Shown here: piece after piece, positions 10,057 through 18,689 of the stretch
Layout: each line of letters opens with the position of its first letter
How positions within the stretch are numbered: the stretch's first letter is position 1
From: Hadesarchaea archaeon
GTDB lineage: Archaea > Hadarchaeota > Hadarchaeia > Hadarchaeales > Hadarchaeaceae
NCBI GenBank assembly: GCA_029880065.1
Contig: JAOUPD010000002.1
Coordinates: forward strand, 1 to 32,640
Length of the DNA stretch: 32,640 nucleotides
Direction of reading: 5' to 3'
Notes under the pieces: model-generated
What the model saw: only the letters and a program-made list of their open reading frames with translations
The model's database searches: none
What the model was told of the DNA's origin: nothing
Made by a program: the position numbers and the translations under genes

Positions 10057-10948
10057 AGTATCGTCTCCTTCCTCTGACCTCCTTGAAAACTTCGGGTAAC
10101 TTCTCAAGCAACTCCGATGCCAAGAATTCATTACCCTTTTCCCGAAGGCAGAGATCTCCCGCCCGCCCGCATACCCAAGCTCCAGCGACCGCAGCCTTGA
10201 AAGGTTCTGCCCCTTGCGCCAAGAAGGTGCCCACAATCCCCGAGAGTACATCACCTGTACCTCCCACTGTCATTCCGGGGTTGCCCGTGTAATTGAGTTT
10301 CACTCCCCCAGCAGGTGATGCGATGATGTCTACCCACGCTTTCAACAGCACCGTGCAGCCGAGCTCCTTTGCAGCGGCCTTGACCTGCTGAGCCCGTCCG
10401 TTGATGCCAGCTGGAAGATCCACGCCCGTTAGTAATTCGAACTCACGCGCATGGGGGGTCAGAACCCAATGCATCCCCTGAAGTAAATCCCGCTCTGATG
10501 CTAGCGCTTTTAACCCATCCGCATCGAAAAGAGCGGGCAGATTCGGGTACATTTCCTTGAGCGTGCGTACGAATTCAATTACGGCGTCACGCGTCTTCGC
10601 AAGCGTGCCCAACCCCGGTCCCACAACTACGGCCGTTGAGAGTTTAAATTCGTTCCGCAATTCAGAAAGTGCGGTGGGCTCGAGGTCGCGGCAGGGGAGT
10701 TTGATAGTGATAAGGTCTGGCGAGAATGAGTTTATCGTCCAAGCTGCTTTTTCAGGCGCAGCAATAATCGCGAGGTCAGCACCGGAACGTAATGCGGCTA
10801 GGCCAACGAGCGCTGGAGCTCCAACGTAACGCGAACTCCCTCCGACGACGAGCAACCGCCCATAGTCACCTTTGTGTGCTTCCCGCCTTCGTTTCGGTAA
10901 AACTACTGATACGTCCTTTTTTCCAACACGCATTTTAGGATTTATCAC
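10043..10948 (-). CDS. ADP/ATP-dependent NAD(P)H-hydrate dehydratase (YjeF C-terminal / carbohydrate-kinase fold)
   Basis: It has [33 protein letters not shown] near the N-terminus and GGTGDVLSG near the C-terminus. No N-terminal epimerase domain is present. Confidence 0.85.
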   Translation of the reverse strand: MINPKMRVGKKDVSVVLPKRRREAHKGDYGRLLVVGGSSRYVGAPALVGLAALRSGADLAIIAAPEKAAWTINSFSPDLITIKLPCRDLEPTALSELRNEFKLSTAVVVGPGLGTLAKTRDAVIEFVRTLKEMYPNLPALFDADGLKALASERDLLQGMHWVLTPHAREFELLTGVDLPAGINGRAQQVKAAAKELGCTVLLKAWVDIIASPAGGVKLNYTGNPGMTVGGTGDVLSGIVGTFLAQGAEPFKAAVAGAWVCGRAGDLCLREKGNEFLASELLEKLPEVFKEVRGRRRYCGEV

Positions 10949-11125
10949 AGGTGCACCTCTGAAGGAAGAAGCGCTGCTGGATATAAAAACTTAGTTAGCT
11001 TGCCATATTGCGCTGCCGCAATTATTTAAATAGATACCATTTTAGTAAACCTATGAAGTGAGAGTTTGCTAAAACAAACATGGGACAAAAAATCTTCAGG
11101 GAACCCTTCGCGAGGTCGAGAGTAA

Positions 11126-12439
11126 ATGCTAATGTTAAAGTCACATTTCAGCACCAACCCTCAAGGACATCTTGTGATCGGGGGCGCCGATGCGGTCGAA
11201 CTCGCCGAGCGATTTGGAACCCCTTTATACGTGGTCGATGAGCAACGAGTGCGCGAGAACTACAGGCGCTTCTACCACGCCTTTGCTGAGCGATGGCCAA
11301 GCGTATTTGTCTGCTACGCTCTCAAGGCTAACTTCAACTTGGCGGTTTGCAAAATCCTGCAGAGCGAGAATGCGGGTGCGGAGGTTAGCTCCGGCAATGA
11401 ACTCCGAAATGCCCTGAATGTTGGCGTTTCTGGTGAGAGAGCAATCTTCAACGGCAACCACAAATCACCCTCCGAACTCGAGTACGCGATAACCAACAAT
11501 GTTCTGATAAACGTCGACAGTTTTCAAGAACTTAATGTGGTTGAAAGTATTGCCTCAAGGATTGGAAAAAAAGCACGGATAGGAGTTAGGGTGAACCCCG
11601 ATGTGAAGGCACCGACTCACCCCTACATAGCCACGGGGCTCCGAGAGAGCAAATTTGGGTTCGATGTCGCGAGTGGGCAGGCGCTTGAAGCGTACAAGCT
11701 CGCATCAAAGATGAAGAATGTTGAGGTTGTCGCCATCCACGCTCATATCGGCTCTCAAATTCTCGACGCCAGGCCCTTTGAGGAAGAGGCCGAGAAACTC
11801 ATGACTCTAGTAGTCGAGATTAAAAAAAGGTTTAACATTCACCTCCAATTCGTCGATTTCGGAGGCGGTATCGGCGTACCCTACAAACCTGATGATCCAG
11901 AACTCAAACCCGAGCAAGTGGCAGAGCGCATAGTGTCTGTGGTCAAACGAGTCGTCGAAGAAAAGAATCTCACAAAACCTACACTTATCCTTGAACCAGG
12001 ACGGTACATAATCGCCGACGCAAGTGTGCTGCTGGCGCGTGTCGGCTACACCAAGGAACGACCGAGAATGCCGACGTGGGTGGCGGTCGACGCAGGGATG
12101 AACGCGCTGATTAGGCCTGCCCTCTACGGCGCCTACCACCATATTGAACTCGCAAACAAAATGCGAGAAAAAAATGAGAAACTCTTCAATATCGCTGGCC
12201 CCCTCTGTGAGTCTGGCGATTTCTTAGGCAAAGAGCGCAGGTTGCCTGCTACCGAACCCGGAGATCTAGCTGTGATTTTCGATGTTGGGGCTTACGGCTT
12301 AGCAGTATCGAATCAGCATACCGCTCAGCCCCGCCCGGCGATGGTTTTGGTCAACCGTGGCAAGGCCGAGATCATCCGGAAGCGGGAAATTTATGAAGAC
12401 CTGACTCGCCTCGACCAAATCCCCGGGTGGCTAAAGTGA
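11126..12439 (+). CDS. lysA: Diaminopimelate decarboxylase
   Basis: 437 aa of the PLP fold-III decarboxylase type: GTPLYVVDE, YALKAN, HIGSQ, GGGIGVPY and CESGD. Confidence 0.95.
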   Translation: MLMLKSHFSTNPQGHLVIGGADAVELAERFGTPLYVVDEQRVRENYRRFYHAFAERWPSVFVCYALKANFNLAVCKILQSENAGAEVSSGNELRNALNVGVSGERAIFNGNHKSPSELEYAITNNVLINVDSFQELNVVESIASRIGKKARIGVRVNPDVKAPTHPYIATGLRESKFGFDVASGQALEAYKLASKMKNVEVVAIHAHIGSQILDARPFEEEAEKLMTLVVEIKKRFNIHLQFVDFGGGIGVPYKPDDPELKPEQVAERIVSVVKRVVEEKNLTKPTLILEPGRYIIADASVLLARVGYTKERPRMPTWVAVDAGMNALIRPALYGAYHHIELANKMREKNEKLFNIAGPLCESGDFLGKERRLPATEPGDLAVIFDVGAYGLAVSNQHTAQPRPAMVLVNRGKAEIIRKREIYEDLTRLDQIPGWLK

Positions 12440-13665
12440 GTCGAATTGTAGTCAAGTTTGGAGGAACCAGCATAGTGAATGGCGAACGCATACGCTTAGG
12501 AGCAAAAGCCGTCTATCGAGAGTACAAGAAGGGTACCGAAGTGGCAGTGGTTGTGTCCGCAATGGGACACGCAACTGATGAACTAATTAAAGCTGCTAAA
12601 GAGAGCACTGATGGCAGAGTGGACGCCAGAGAACTCGATGATATCATGGCAATGGGGGAGCAGACGAGTGCTCGAGTATTCGCTGCAGCGTTGCGTAGCC
12701 TTGGGGCAGATGCAAAATATATTGACCCCAAACAGCGTGGGTGGCCGGTGGTGACTGACAGCAACTTCGGCTCGGCTAACGTAAATTTGGCCGAAACGAG
12801 GATGCGAGTACAAAAGTTCATTTTGCCTTTATTGAAAAAGCGTGTAATCCCTGTAATGTGCGGTTTTTTGGGCAAGGATAAGCACGGCAATATAACAACG
12901 ATTGGACGCGGGGGAAGCGATATAACGGGTTTCCTCACGGGAGAATGCTTAGACGCGAATGGGGTGATTATAGTCACCGATGCCGAGGGGGTTATGACCG
13001 CTGATCCCAACAAAATCAAGAAGGCACAGTTAATAAAGCGCATCTCAGTAGAAGAAATGTTTGACCTAGCGCGCTTTGGGGCGCAGGTAATGCATCCCCG
13101 AGCGATGAGTTATAAAAATCCCCACATAAACGCCAAGGTTATACACTTCCGCTACGGTAATTTATCTGCTCGAGGTACAACTATCGTGGGACCAAAGGAG
13201 GCCGAATTTGTGGGTGTTCGAGCGTATGAAAAACCGCTTGCGATGCTGACGATAGTTGGCGAAGAAATGCAGACCACGCCAGGGATACTTGTAAAGTCCG
13301 CAACCCCCCTAACTAGAGCGGGCATAAACATCTTCGGCATCTCGATCGGCCCAAGGTCTTTCTCGATCTACGTTATGGAGAAAGATTCCAGCCGAGCACT
13401 TGAGCTGCTGCACAAAAGCATAATTCTAAACAGAAAGATGAAATCAGTGACGAGCGAGAACAATATCGCATTGCTCATAGCGGAAAGTGAACGCTTCATC
13501 TACACGCCGGGTGCTATAACCAAATTGTCGGAACCTCTCGCGCGAGCTCGGATAAATGTCATTGAAATCTTCTCGAGCCGGGCGTCGATTAGCTTCTTCG
13601 TCAACTGGGACGACCGGAAGAAAGCCCTGAAGCTGCTCAGGCAGTCTATGAAGGAGGTTAAATGA
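12427..13665 (+). CDS. lysC: Aspartate kinase
   Basis: It has VVKFGGTS, VVVSAMG, GRGGSD and C-terminal ACT-like repeats. The start is GTG at 12427 or 12436 and overlaps the lysA stop. Confidence 0.9.
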   Translation: MAKVSRIVVKFGGTSIVNGERIRLGAKAVYREYKKGTEVAVVVSAMGHATDELIKAAKESTDGRVDARELDDIMAMGEQTSARVFAAALRSLGADAKYIDPKQRGWPVVTDSNFGSANVNLAETRMRVQKFILPLLKKRVIPVMCGFLGKDKHGNITTIGRGGSDITGFLTGECLDANGVIIVTDAEGVMTADPNKIKKAQLIKRISVEEMFDLARFGAQVMHPRAMSYKNPHINAKVIHFRYGNLSARGTTIVGPKEAEFVGVRAYEKPLAMLTIVGEEMQTTPGILVKSATPLTRAGINIFGISIGPRSFSIYVMEKDSSRALELLHKSIILNRKMKSVTSENNIALLIAESERFIYTPGAITKLSEPLARARINVIEIFSSRASISFFVNWDDRKKALKLLRQSMKEVK

Positions 13666-14546
13666 TGTTCGAAGGCGCCCTGACTGCGATGGTCACGCCC
13701 TTCGACAACAATGGAAAAATCGACGAGGAAGGGCTTCGCGAAAATGTGAAATTTCAAATCAAAAGTGGCATCCATGGGCTAGTGCCGGTTGGGACAACAG
13801 GCGAATGCGCAACGCTTTCCTATGAAGAACACAACCACGTTGTCGAAATCGTTGTCGATGCGGCGAAGGGAAAAGTGCCCGTGCTGGCTGGCACTGGGAG
13901 CAACAGCACATGGGAGGCAATCATGCTTACGAAACACGCAAAGGAAGTGGGCGCGGACGGAGCGCTACTCGTGGTGCCCTATTATAACAAGCCAACGCAA
14001 GCCGGCCTTTACCAGCACTACAAGCGGCTCGCAGAGGAGGTCGACTTACCCCAAGTGATTTACAACATCCCTTCGCGCACGGGCGTCAACATGCAGCCTG
14101 CGACAATGGCGAAACTGGCCAAGCTGAATAACATCGTGGGAGTAAAGGAGGCAAGCGGAGACCTAGAGCAAATCGTGCGGATAATTGGGCTGACTCGCGG
14201 CGAAAATTTCATTGTGATCTCTGGCGATGATTCACTGACTCTCGAAATTATGAAACGGGGAGGAGTCGGCGTCATCTCGGTTGCATCAAACCTCGTGCCT
14301 GATAAGGTGGTTAAGATTGTAGACTCTTTTCGGTCCGGTGATATTGAGACAGCAAAACGGATTAACGACGAATTAGCACCGCTGTTCAAGGCGTTGTTCA
14401 TCGAGACCAACCCAGGGCCCGTCAAGATGGCCATGAACTTGATAGGGATGGCCGCTGGAGGGCTCAGGCTCCCATTAGTCGAGCTCGAGCCGGAGAACCG
14501 GAAAAAATTGCGCAAGGTTCTAGTCGACATGGGATTGATGAAATGA
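13662..14546 (+). CDS. dapA: 4-hydroxy-tetrahydrodipicolinate synthase
   Basis: It has TAMVTPF, VPVGTTGE, YYNKP and VGVKEASGD (the Schiff-base Lys context). The start overlaps lysC as ATGA. Confidence 0.95.
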   Translation: MMFEGALTAMVTPFDNNGKIDEEGLRENVKFQIKSGIHGLVPVGTTGECATLSYEEHNHVVEIVVDAAKGKVPVLAGTGSNSTWEAIMLTKHAKEVGADGALLVVPYYNKPTQAGLYQHYKRLAEEVDLPQVIYNIPSRTGVNMQPATMAKLAKLNNIVGVKEASGDLEQIVRIIGLTRGENFIVISGDDSLTLEIMKRGGVGVISVASNLVPDKVVKIVDSFRSGDIETAKRINDELAPLFKALFIETNPGPVKMAMNLIGMAAGGLRLPLVELEPENRKKLRKVLVDMGLMK

Positions 14547-15316
14547 TTCGAGTTGCCGTCTGCGGTGCTTGCGGGCGAATGGGCAGGCTAATCGTTCACC
14601 AAGTCGCGAAACAAGCGGACATGGAGTTAGTTGCGGCCATCGATGCCCATGGTACCCCAAGCGCAGGAGAGGACGCCGGGAAACTCGCCGGTGTGGGCGA
14701 ACTCGGCGTAAAGATCGTTGGCGCAGACAAACTGGCTGAGACGCTGAAGAGATTAAACCCAGATGTCTTAGTGGACTTCACCACAGCAGATGCCACAGTT
14801 CAGAACGTCAAAACTGCATCCCAAACGGGCGTTTCTGTGGTTGTGGGTACTACCGGGTTCACAGCCAAACAGCGGGTTGAAATGGAGGAAGCCGTGAAAA
14901 AGGGAAAAATCCGGGCAATCGTCTCACCAAACATGTCGATCGGCGTGAATGTATTTTTCAAATCGGCAAAGGAAACTGCAAGGATGTTGGGCAGCGATTA
15001 CGGAGTAGAGATTGTTGAAGCGCATCACGTGCACAAGCGCGACGCTCCCAGCGGAACCGCGCGGAGGATTGCGCATATCATCGCGAGGGAATTCAACTGG
15101 AGCGAAGATAAAATCAAAATTAAATCGATTAGAGAAGGCGAAATTGTCGGTGAACACACGGTGATATTTTCCACACCGGAGGAGCGGGTCGAGATCATCC
15201 ATCGTGCACAGAGTCGTGAGACCTTTGCTGCCGGGGCGATGAAAGCAATCCGCTACGTCGTGGCAAAAGGCAAGCCGGGCGTTGTGCAAGACATGCAGGA
15301 TGTCTTAGGTTTATAG
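14543..15316 (+). CDS. dapB: 4-hydroxy-tetrahydrodipicolinate reductase
   Basis: It has the N-terminal Rossmann motif VAVCGACGRMG, then VVGTTG and EAHHVHKRDAPSGTA (the E.HH..K.DAPSGTA signature). The start overlaps dapA as ATGA. Confidence 0.95.
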   Translation: MIRVAVCGACGRMGRLIVHQVAKQADMELVAAIDAHGTPSAGEDAGKLAGVGELGVKIVGADKLAETLKRLNPDVLVDFTTADATVQNVKTASQTGVSVVVGTTGFTAKQRVEMEEAVKKGKIRAIVSPNMSIGVNVFFKSAKETARMLGSDYGVEIVEAHHVHKRDAPSGTARRIAHIIAREFNWSEDKIKIKSIREGEIVGEHTVIFSTPEERVEIIHRAQSRETFAAGAMKAIRYVVAKGKPGVVQDMQDVLGL

Positions 15317-15320
15317 TCCA

Positions 15321-16394
15321 ATGAACTCATTTAGTGAAAATGGGAATACCTTGTCTAGTGTAATTCATTTTTGTAGGAGAGAAGAGGATTTTTATAACAT
15401 AGGTGAAATCGCCATAGCGTGCTCGATTAGAGACATGCTACGCTCCCGTTTGAAACCATTTACCTACACTCCGGGCGAGGTCAAAGAACTAGAAAAACCG
15501 CAACCCACCGAGTTTGTCGAGACCATCAACCGGCATGATATTTGCGTGATCGGGGGAGGAGGATTATACTCCAAATTTTTTCTCCCGATGGATGCTCAAG
15601 TTATCAAATCGATAGAAATACCGATTGTGCTCTATGGGATAGGCTACATCAGAAATCTCGGAGACAAGGAACTAACTCAGGAACAAATAGAAAGCGTTCG
15701 ATTATTGAACGCATGCGCCAAGCTCACCTCCGTTCGGGACGAATACACCGGTAAATTTTTGAGAGATTTAGGAGTAAGCGACGTGCACGTAACTGGTGAT
15801 CCCGCAATTTTTCTCGATTCTGAAGAGACTAGCCAAGTTGTCCTAGATGATAGTAAAATAAAGATAGGCATAAACGTGGCTTGCCACTACTGGGCGCTAT
15901 ACCCTAAATATTTGTACACGACAATTGCCGAGTACACCAAAGCTTGCGAATTTTTAATTAAGCATCTAAACGCAGAAATCGTATATTTAGCACACCACCC
16001 CGATGAGCACCACGTTGTTGAGATAATGAGGAAGAAAAAATTGCCGCTCAAAGTGGTGGATACATCCCCCAACCCGTACAAAATGAAATTCATTTACGGC
16101 AAAATGGATTTGGTCATTGGAATGATGATGCATTCCACAGTACTGGCGTTCGGAAGCGGGACCCCAATAGTAAATGTTGCCTACGACGCCAAAAATTACA
16201 ATTTCATGGAGTTCATTGGTCAAAAAGATAAAGTAATAGATGTCAGAAACGCTGATCAGGAAAATATTAAGGAAGTCTCATTGCGTACTTTCGATGATTC
16301 GGAAAATATCAAGAAAGATTTCAGGGCTCTAAAGCGTAAACTGTGGGCACAACAAGAAGAGTTCCTAACAAAAATTAGCAAATTGCCAACCTAA
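15321..16394 (+). CDS. Polysaccharide pyruvyl-transferase-family (PS_pyruv_trans-like) protein
   Basis: It has YNIGEIAI (compare N.GD.A), CVIGGGGLY and SVRDEYTGKFLRDLGV..VHVTGDPAIFL, which resemble the CsaB/WcaK-type pyruvyl transferase pattern. It starts 4 nt after the dapB stop. G+C is visibly lower than in the flanking genes. Confidence 0.65.
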   Translation: MNSFSENGNTLSSVIHFCRREEDFYNIGEIAIACSIRDMLRSRLKPFTYTPGEVKELEKPQPTEFVETINRHDICVIGGGGLYSKFFLPMDAQVIKSIEIPIVLYGIGYIRNLGDKELTQEQIESVRLLNACAKLTSVRDEYTGKFLRDLGVSDVHVTGDPAIFLDSEETSQVVLDDSKIKIGINVACHYWALYPKYLYTTIAEYTKACEFLIKHLNAEIVYLAHHPDEHHVVEIMRKKKLPLKVVDTSPNPYKMKFIYGKMDLVIGMMMHSTVLAFGSGTPIVNVAYDAKNYNFMEFIGQKDKVIDVRNADQENIKEVSLRTFDDSENIKKDFRALKRKLWAQQEEFLTKISKLPT

Positions 16395-16417
16395 AAATTA
16401 ATCAAGATTGTAATCGC

Positions 16418-16427
16418 TATTTTTTTC
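16418..16427 (+). terminator. Oligo-T tract (T7) downstream of the pyruvyl-transferase-like gene
   Basis: The sequence gctatttttttctc lies 25-30 nt after the stop. Archaeal transcription terminates at oligo-T runs. Confidence 0.4.
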
Positions 16428-16624
16428 TCAAAGAAGATGGTTTTCTTTGCTTATGGAAAGGGCAAGGTAACCCACGCCTACAGAATCTACACTTCTCGAG
16501 TTTAGGTGGGGCTGGAAGCGGCCCGACCATGTGTCCATACTTACGGCGGGGCATCTAGACACCAAAATCTTTTCACCTTGCCAAATTAAATAATCTTGAA
16601 AGTATAATATAGCGGGGCGACTGA

Positions 16625-17764
16625 ATGGCGAAAATTCCAGTTGCTGTCTTGGGCGCAACGGGCGAGGTTGGGCAAAAATTTATAATCAACCTACAGAGGC
16701 ACCCGTGGTTCGAGCTCACGGCATTGTATGCTTCGGAAAGGTCCGCTGACAAGACTTATGCGGACGCACTAAACTATGGAAAGGAAAATTCAAGATGGTT
16801 TTGTAAGGGGATGCCTAGCGAAAAAATTCTAGGCATGACAGTACGGAATCTTAGCAACGTGCACCCTGAAGAAAACAGCTTGTTCTTTTCAGCATTACCC
16901 TCGGAAACAGCACTAGAGGTCGAGGGAAAAATCGCAGGGGAAAAGCCAGTGGTCAGCACGGCTTCCGCATACCGTTATTTCGACGACAGCTTCGTATACC
17001 TGCCAGGTGTGAACGAGTTACATGCGGGCATCATAGATGTGCAACAAAAGGGCAGGGGTTGGAAGGGATTTGTCGTGCCTCAGCCTAACTGCACGACTAT
17101 TGGCCTAGTGATGTCGCTGAAACCTGTGCACGATGAGTTCGGACTTGAGCACGTGACGATGGCTTCGATGCAGTCTGTGTCTGGAGCGGGGTATGGTGCG
17201 GTCAGAAGCTGGGCCGAACAGCGAAAGGTACAGGGGTCCGACCTTCCGGCTGAGCTGGAGGAATTTTCCCAAGGTGTCTTCGAGGGTAACGTCATTCCGT
17301 ACATTCACATGGAAGAAGAAAAAGTCAGAAAAGAAACATTGAAGCTCCTCGGAGAATTCAGCGCGGGTAAAATCAGGTCCGCGGGATTCAAGATTGCATG
17401 CAAATGTAATCGCGTCCCGGTCCTCGACGGCCACACGGAGTCCGTTTTCATTGAGACCACGAAAGGATGCAGTATTGATGCGCTAAAAGAAGTTTGGAAA
17501 AGTTATCGGGGCGAACCGCAGAAACTAGCATTACCTACAGCACCCAAGCAGCCGATAATAGTCATGGATGAGATCGACAGGCCCCAGCCGAGGTTCGATG
17601 CAGCCATGGAAGGTGGCATGATCGCAATCATCGGCGGAGTGGAAGCGAACGCTTTTGACAATGGCTTCCAGTACACCGTGCTCTCACACAACACCGAGCT
17701 CGGTGCAGCGAAGGGTGCGGTGCTAGCAGCTGAGTACCTTAACAAAATTGGGCTAATCAAATGA
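16625..17764 (+). CDS. asd: Aspartate-semialdehyde dehydrogenase (archaeal type)
   Basis: It has VAVLGATGEVGQ, the active-site context QPNCTTIGL and SVSGAGY. The genomic context is the lys/dap cluster. Confidence 0.9.
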   Translation: MAKIPVAVLGATGEVGQKFIINLQRHPWFELTALYASERSADKTYADALNYGKENSRWFCKGMPSEKILGMTVRNLSNVHPEENSLFFSALPSETALEVEGKIAGEKPVVSTASAYRYFDDSFVYLPGVNELHAGIIDVQQKGRGWKGFVVPQPNCTTIGLVMSLKPVHDEFGLEHVTMASMQSVSGAGYGAVRSWAEQRKVQGSDLPAELEEFSQGVFEGNVIPYIHMEEEKVRKETLKLLGEFSAGKIRSAGFKIACKCNRVPVLDGHTESVFIETTKGCSIDALKEVWKSYRGEPQKLALPTAPKQPIIVMDEIDRPQPRFDAAMEGGMIAIIGGVEANAFDNGFQYTVLSHNTELGAAKGAVLAAEYLNKIGLIK

Positions 17765-17865
17765 AAAACGTGGCATCCTAAAGGATAACCACGGTGTACC
17801 TATGCGGCAATTGAAAGCGAGCAATATTGTTACAGGCTATCTTAAGTGAGGCTAGCACAGGATAG

Positions 17866-18483
17866 TCAGCGACTTCTTAGGAGTGGACGAAATATTTTCC
17901 GTAATAGCTTGCGCTCGCGAACCTTCTTGTATATGAGAAAGGCGAATGTCGCGGCAATCAATATCAGGTAAAGTACCAATGGATTGGGCAGGACCCCCAC
18001 AATTCCAGCAAATGCGAAAGTCCAGAAAATGCTAGAAATCACCGCACCGACAGCGATGGACGCGAGGATCGTCTTCTTCTTTATGTTTAGTATGTAAGCA
18101 CAGAGGGCCGCCCAAGAGACGCCAACCAAAAATGTGAATCCAACCACACCGAGAGCAAAACCGAACTGTCCCGTTCGGCGCTCAAATTTTCGTATGTAAC
18201 CGTCAATGTCTACCCTGAACCTTTTAGATTTAGTCGCCGCGTACCCCATAACATGGGAGATAATACGATTTTTGTAACGCATGCTATATCCAATAAATTC
18301 GAAAAACCCAAACCATACTGGCACGAGAGTCGCGTGGATGATACTAACAGCGATTGCGGTGTCAAAAGTCGACATTCCTTGGGCAAACGCGAACGGGATA
18401 GAGCCAAATGGGCCCAAGAGCAGAGTCAGCGCGACCAACCCGATAATAGACATAATCAACCCCTTATTGACTTCCTTAGGCAA
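17866..18483 (-). CDS. Integral membrane protein (about 5-6 TM), family uncertain (possibly COG2426-like)
   Basis: It has hydrophobic segments throughout and a basic C-terminal tail (KKVRERKLLRKIFRPLLRSR). The family assignment comes from memory only. Confidence 0.55.
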   Translation of the reverse strand: MPKEVNKGLIMSIIGLVALTLLLGPFGSIPFAFAQGMSTFDTAIAVSIIHATLVPVWFGFFEFIGYSMRYKNRIISHVMGYAATKSKRFRVDIDGYIRKFERRTGQFGFALGVVGFTFLVGVSWAALCAYILNIKKKTILASIAVGAVISSIFWTFAFAGIVGVLPNPLVLYLILIAATFAFLIYKKVRERKLLRKIFRPLLRSR

Positions 18484-18498
18484 TCAAACCAGATAAGG

Positions 18499-18689
18499 TA
18501 GCGGGGAGTGGAAATTCCGAGAGAGGTTTTACGCCACTCTCTCTTGAACCACTGACCTCCGGGTCTCGCAGGAGCGCCAAACTCACGGCTTGACGCCTTA
18601 TGAGCTTCGCCCGTGGTTTTCCACGACCGGCGGGCACTCCATGCTGCCGTAGGGGCAGAGTAGTTTTCCTACTGCTGCTCTACCCCGCT
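18499..18689 (-). tRNA. Initiator tRNA-Met (CAU) gene interrupted by four introns (exons 10+22+7+22+14 nt; introns 31, 21, 34, 30 nt)
   Basis: Read on the minus strand. Exons are 18689-18680, 18648-18627, 18605-18599, 18564-18543 and 18512-18499. Joined, they give AGCGGGGTAGGGCAGCATGGAGTGCCCGCCGGGCTCATAACCCGGAGGTCAGTGGTTCAAGTCCACTCCCCGCTA. This 75-nt product folds as a perfect cloverleaf. The acceptor stem is AGCGGGG/CCCCGCT, the D stem is GGGC/GCCC with GG in the loop, and the anticodon stem is CCGGG/CCCGG. The anticodon loop is CTCATAA, the T arm is AGTGG-TTCAAGT-CCACT, and the discriminator is A. Archaeal initiator features are the A1:U72 pair and G29-31:C39-41. Every junction falls after the 2nd nucleotide of a 3-nt bulge in a bulge-helix-bulge-like fold (details in findings). 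Confidence 0.8.

Noticed and set aside
11080-11241. A 53-codon upstream ORF in the lysA leader, and the possibility of a lysine riboswitch upstream of lysA or asd.
   Set aside because: The uORF is out of frame, overlaps lysA and has an Arg-rich junk composition. I could not find L-box consensus elements (AGAGGUGC, GUCGCCGAAG and so on) in either leader.
16428-16658. A 76-aa minus-strand ORF upstream of asd.
   Set aside because: It overlaps the asd start codon and covers the terminator and promoter spacer. It has no motif. The region is better described as non-coding.
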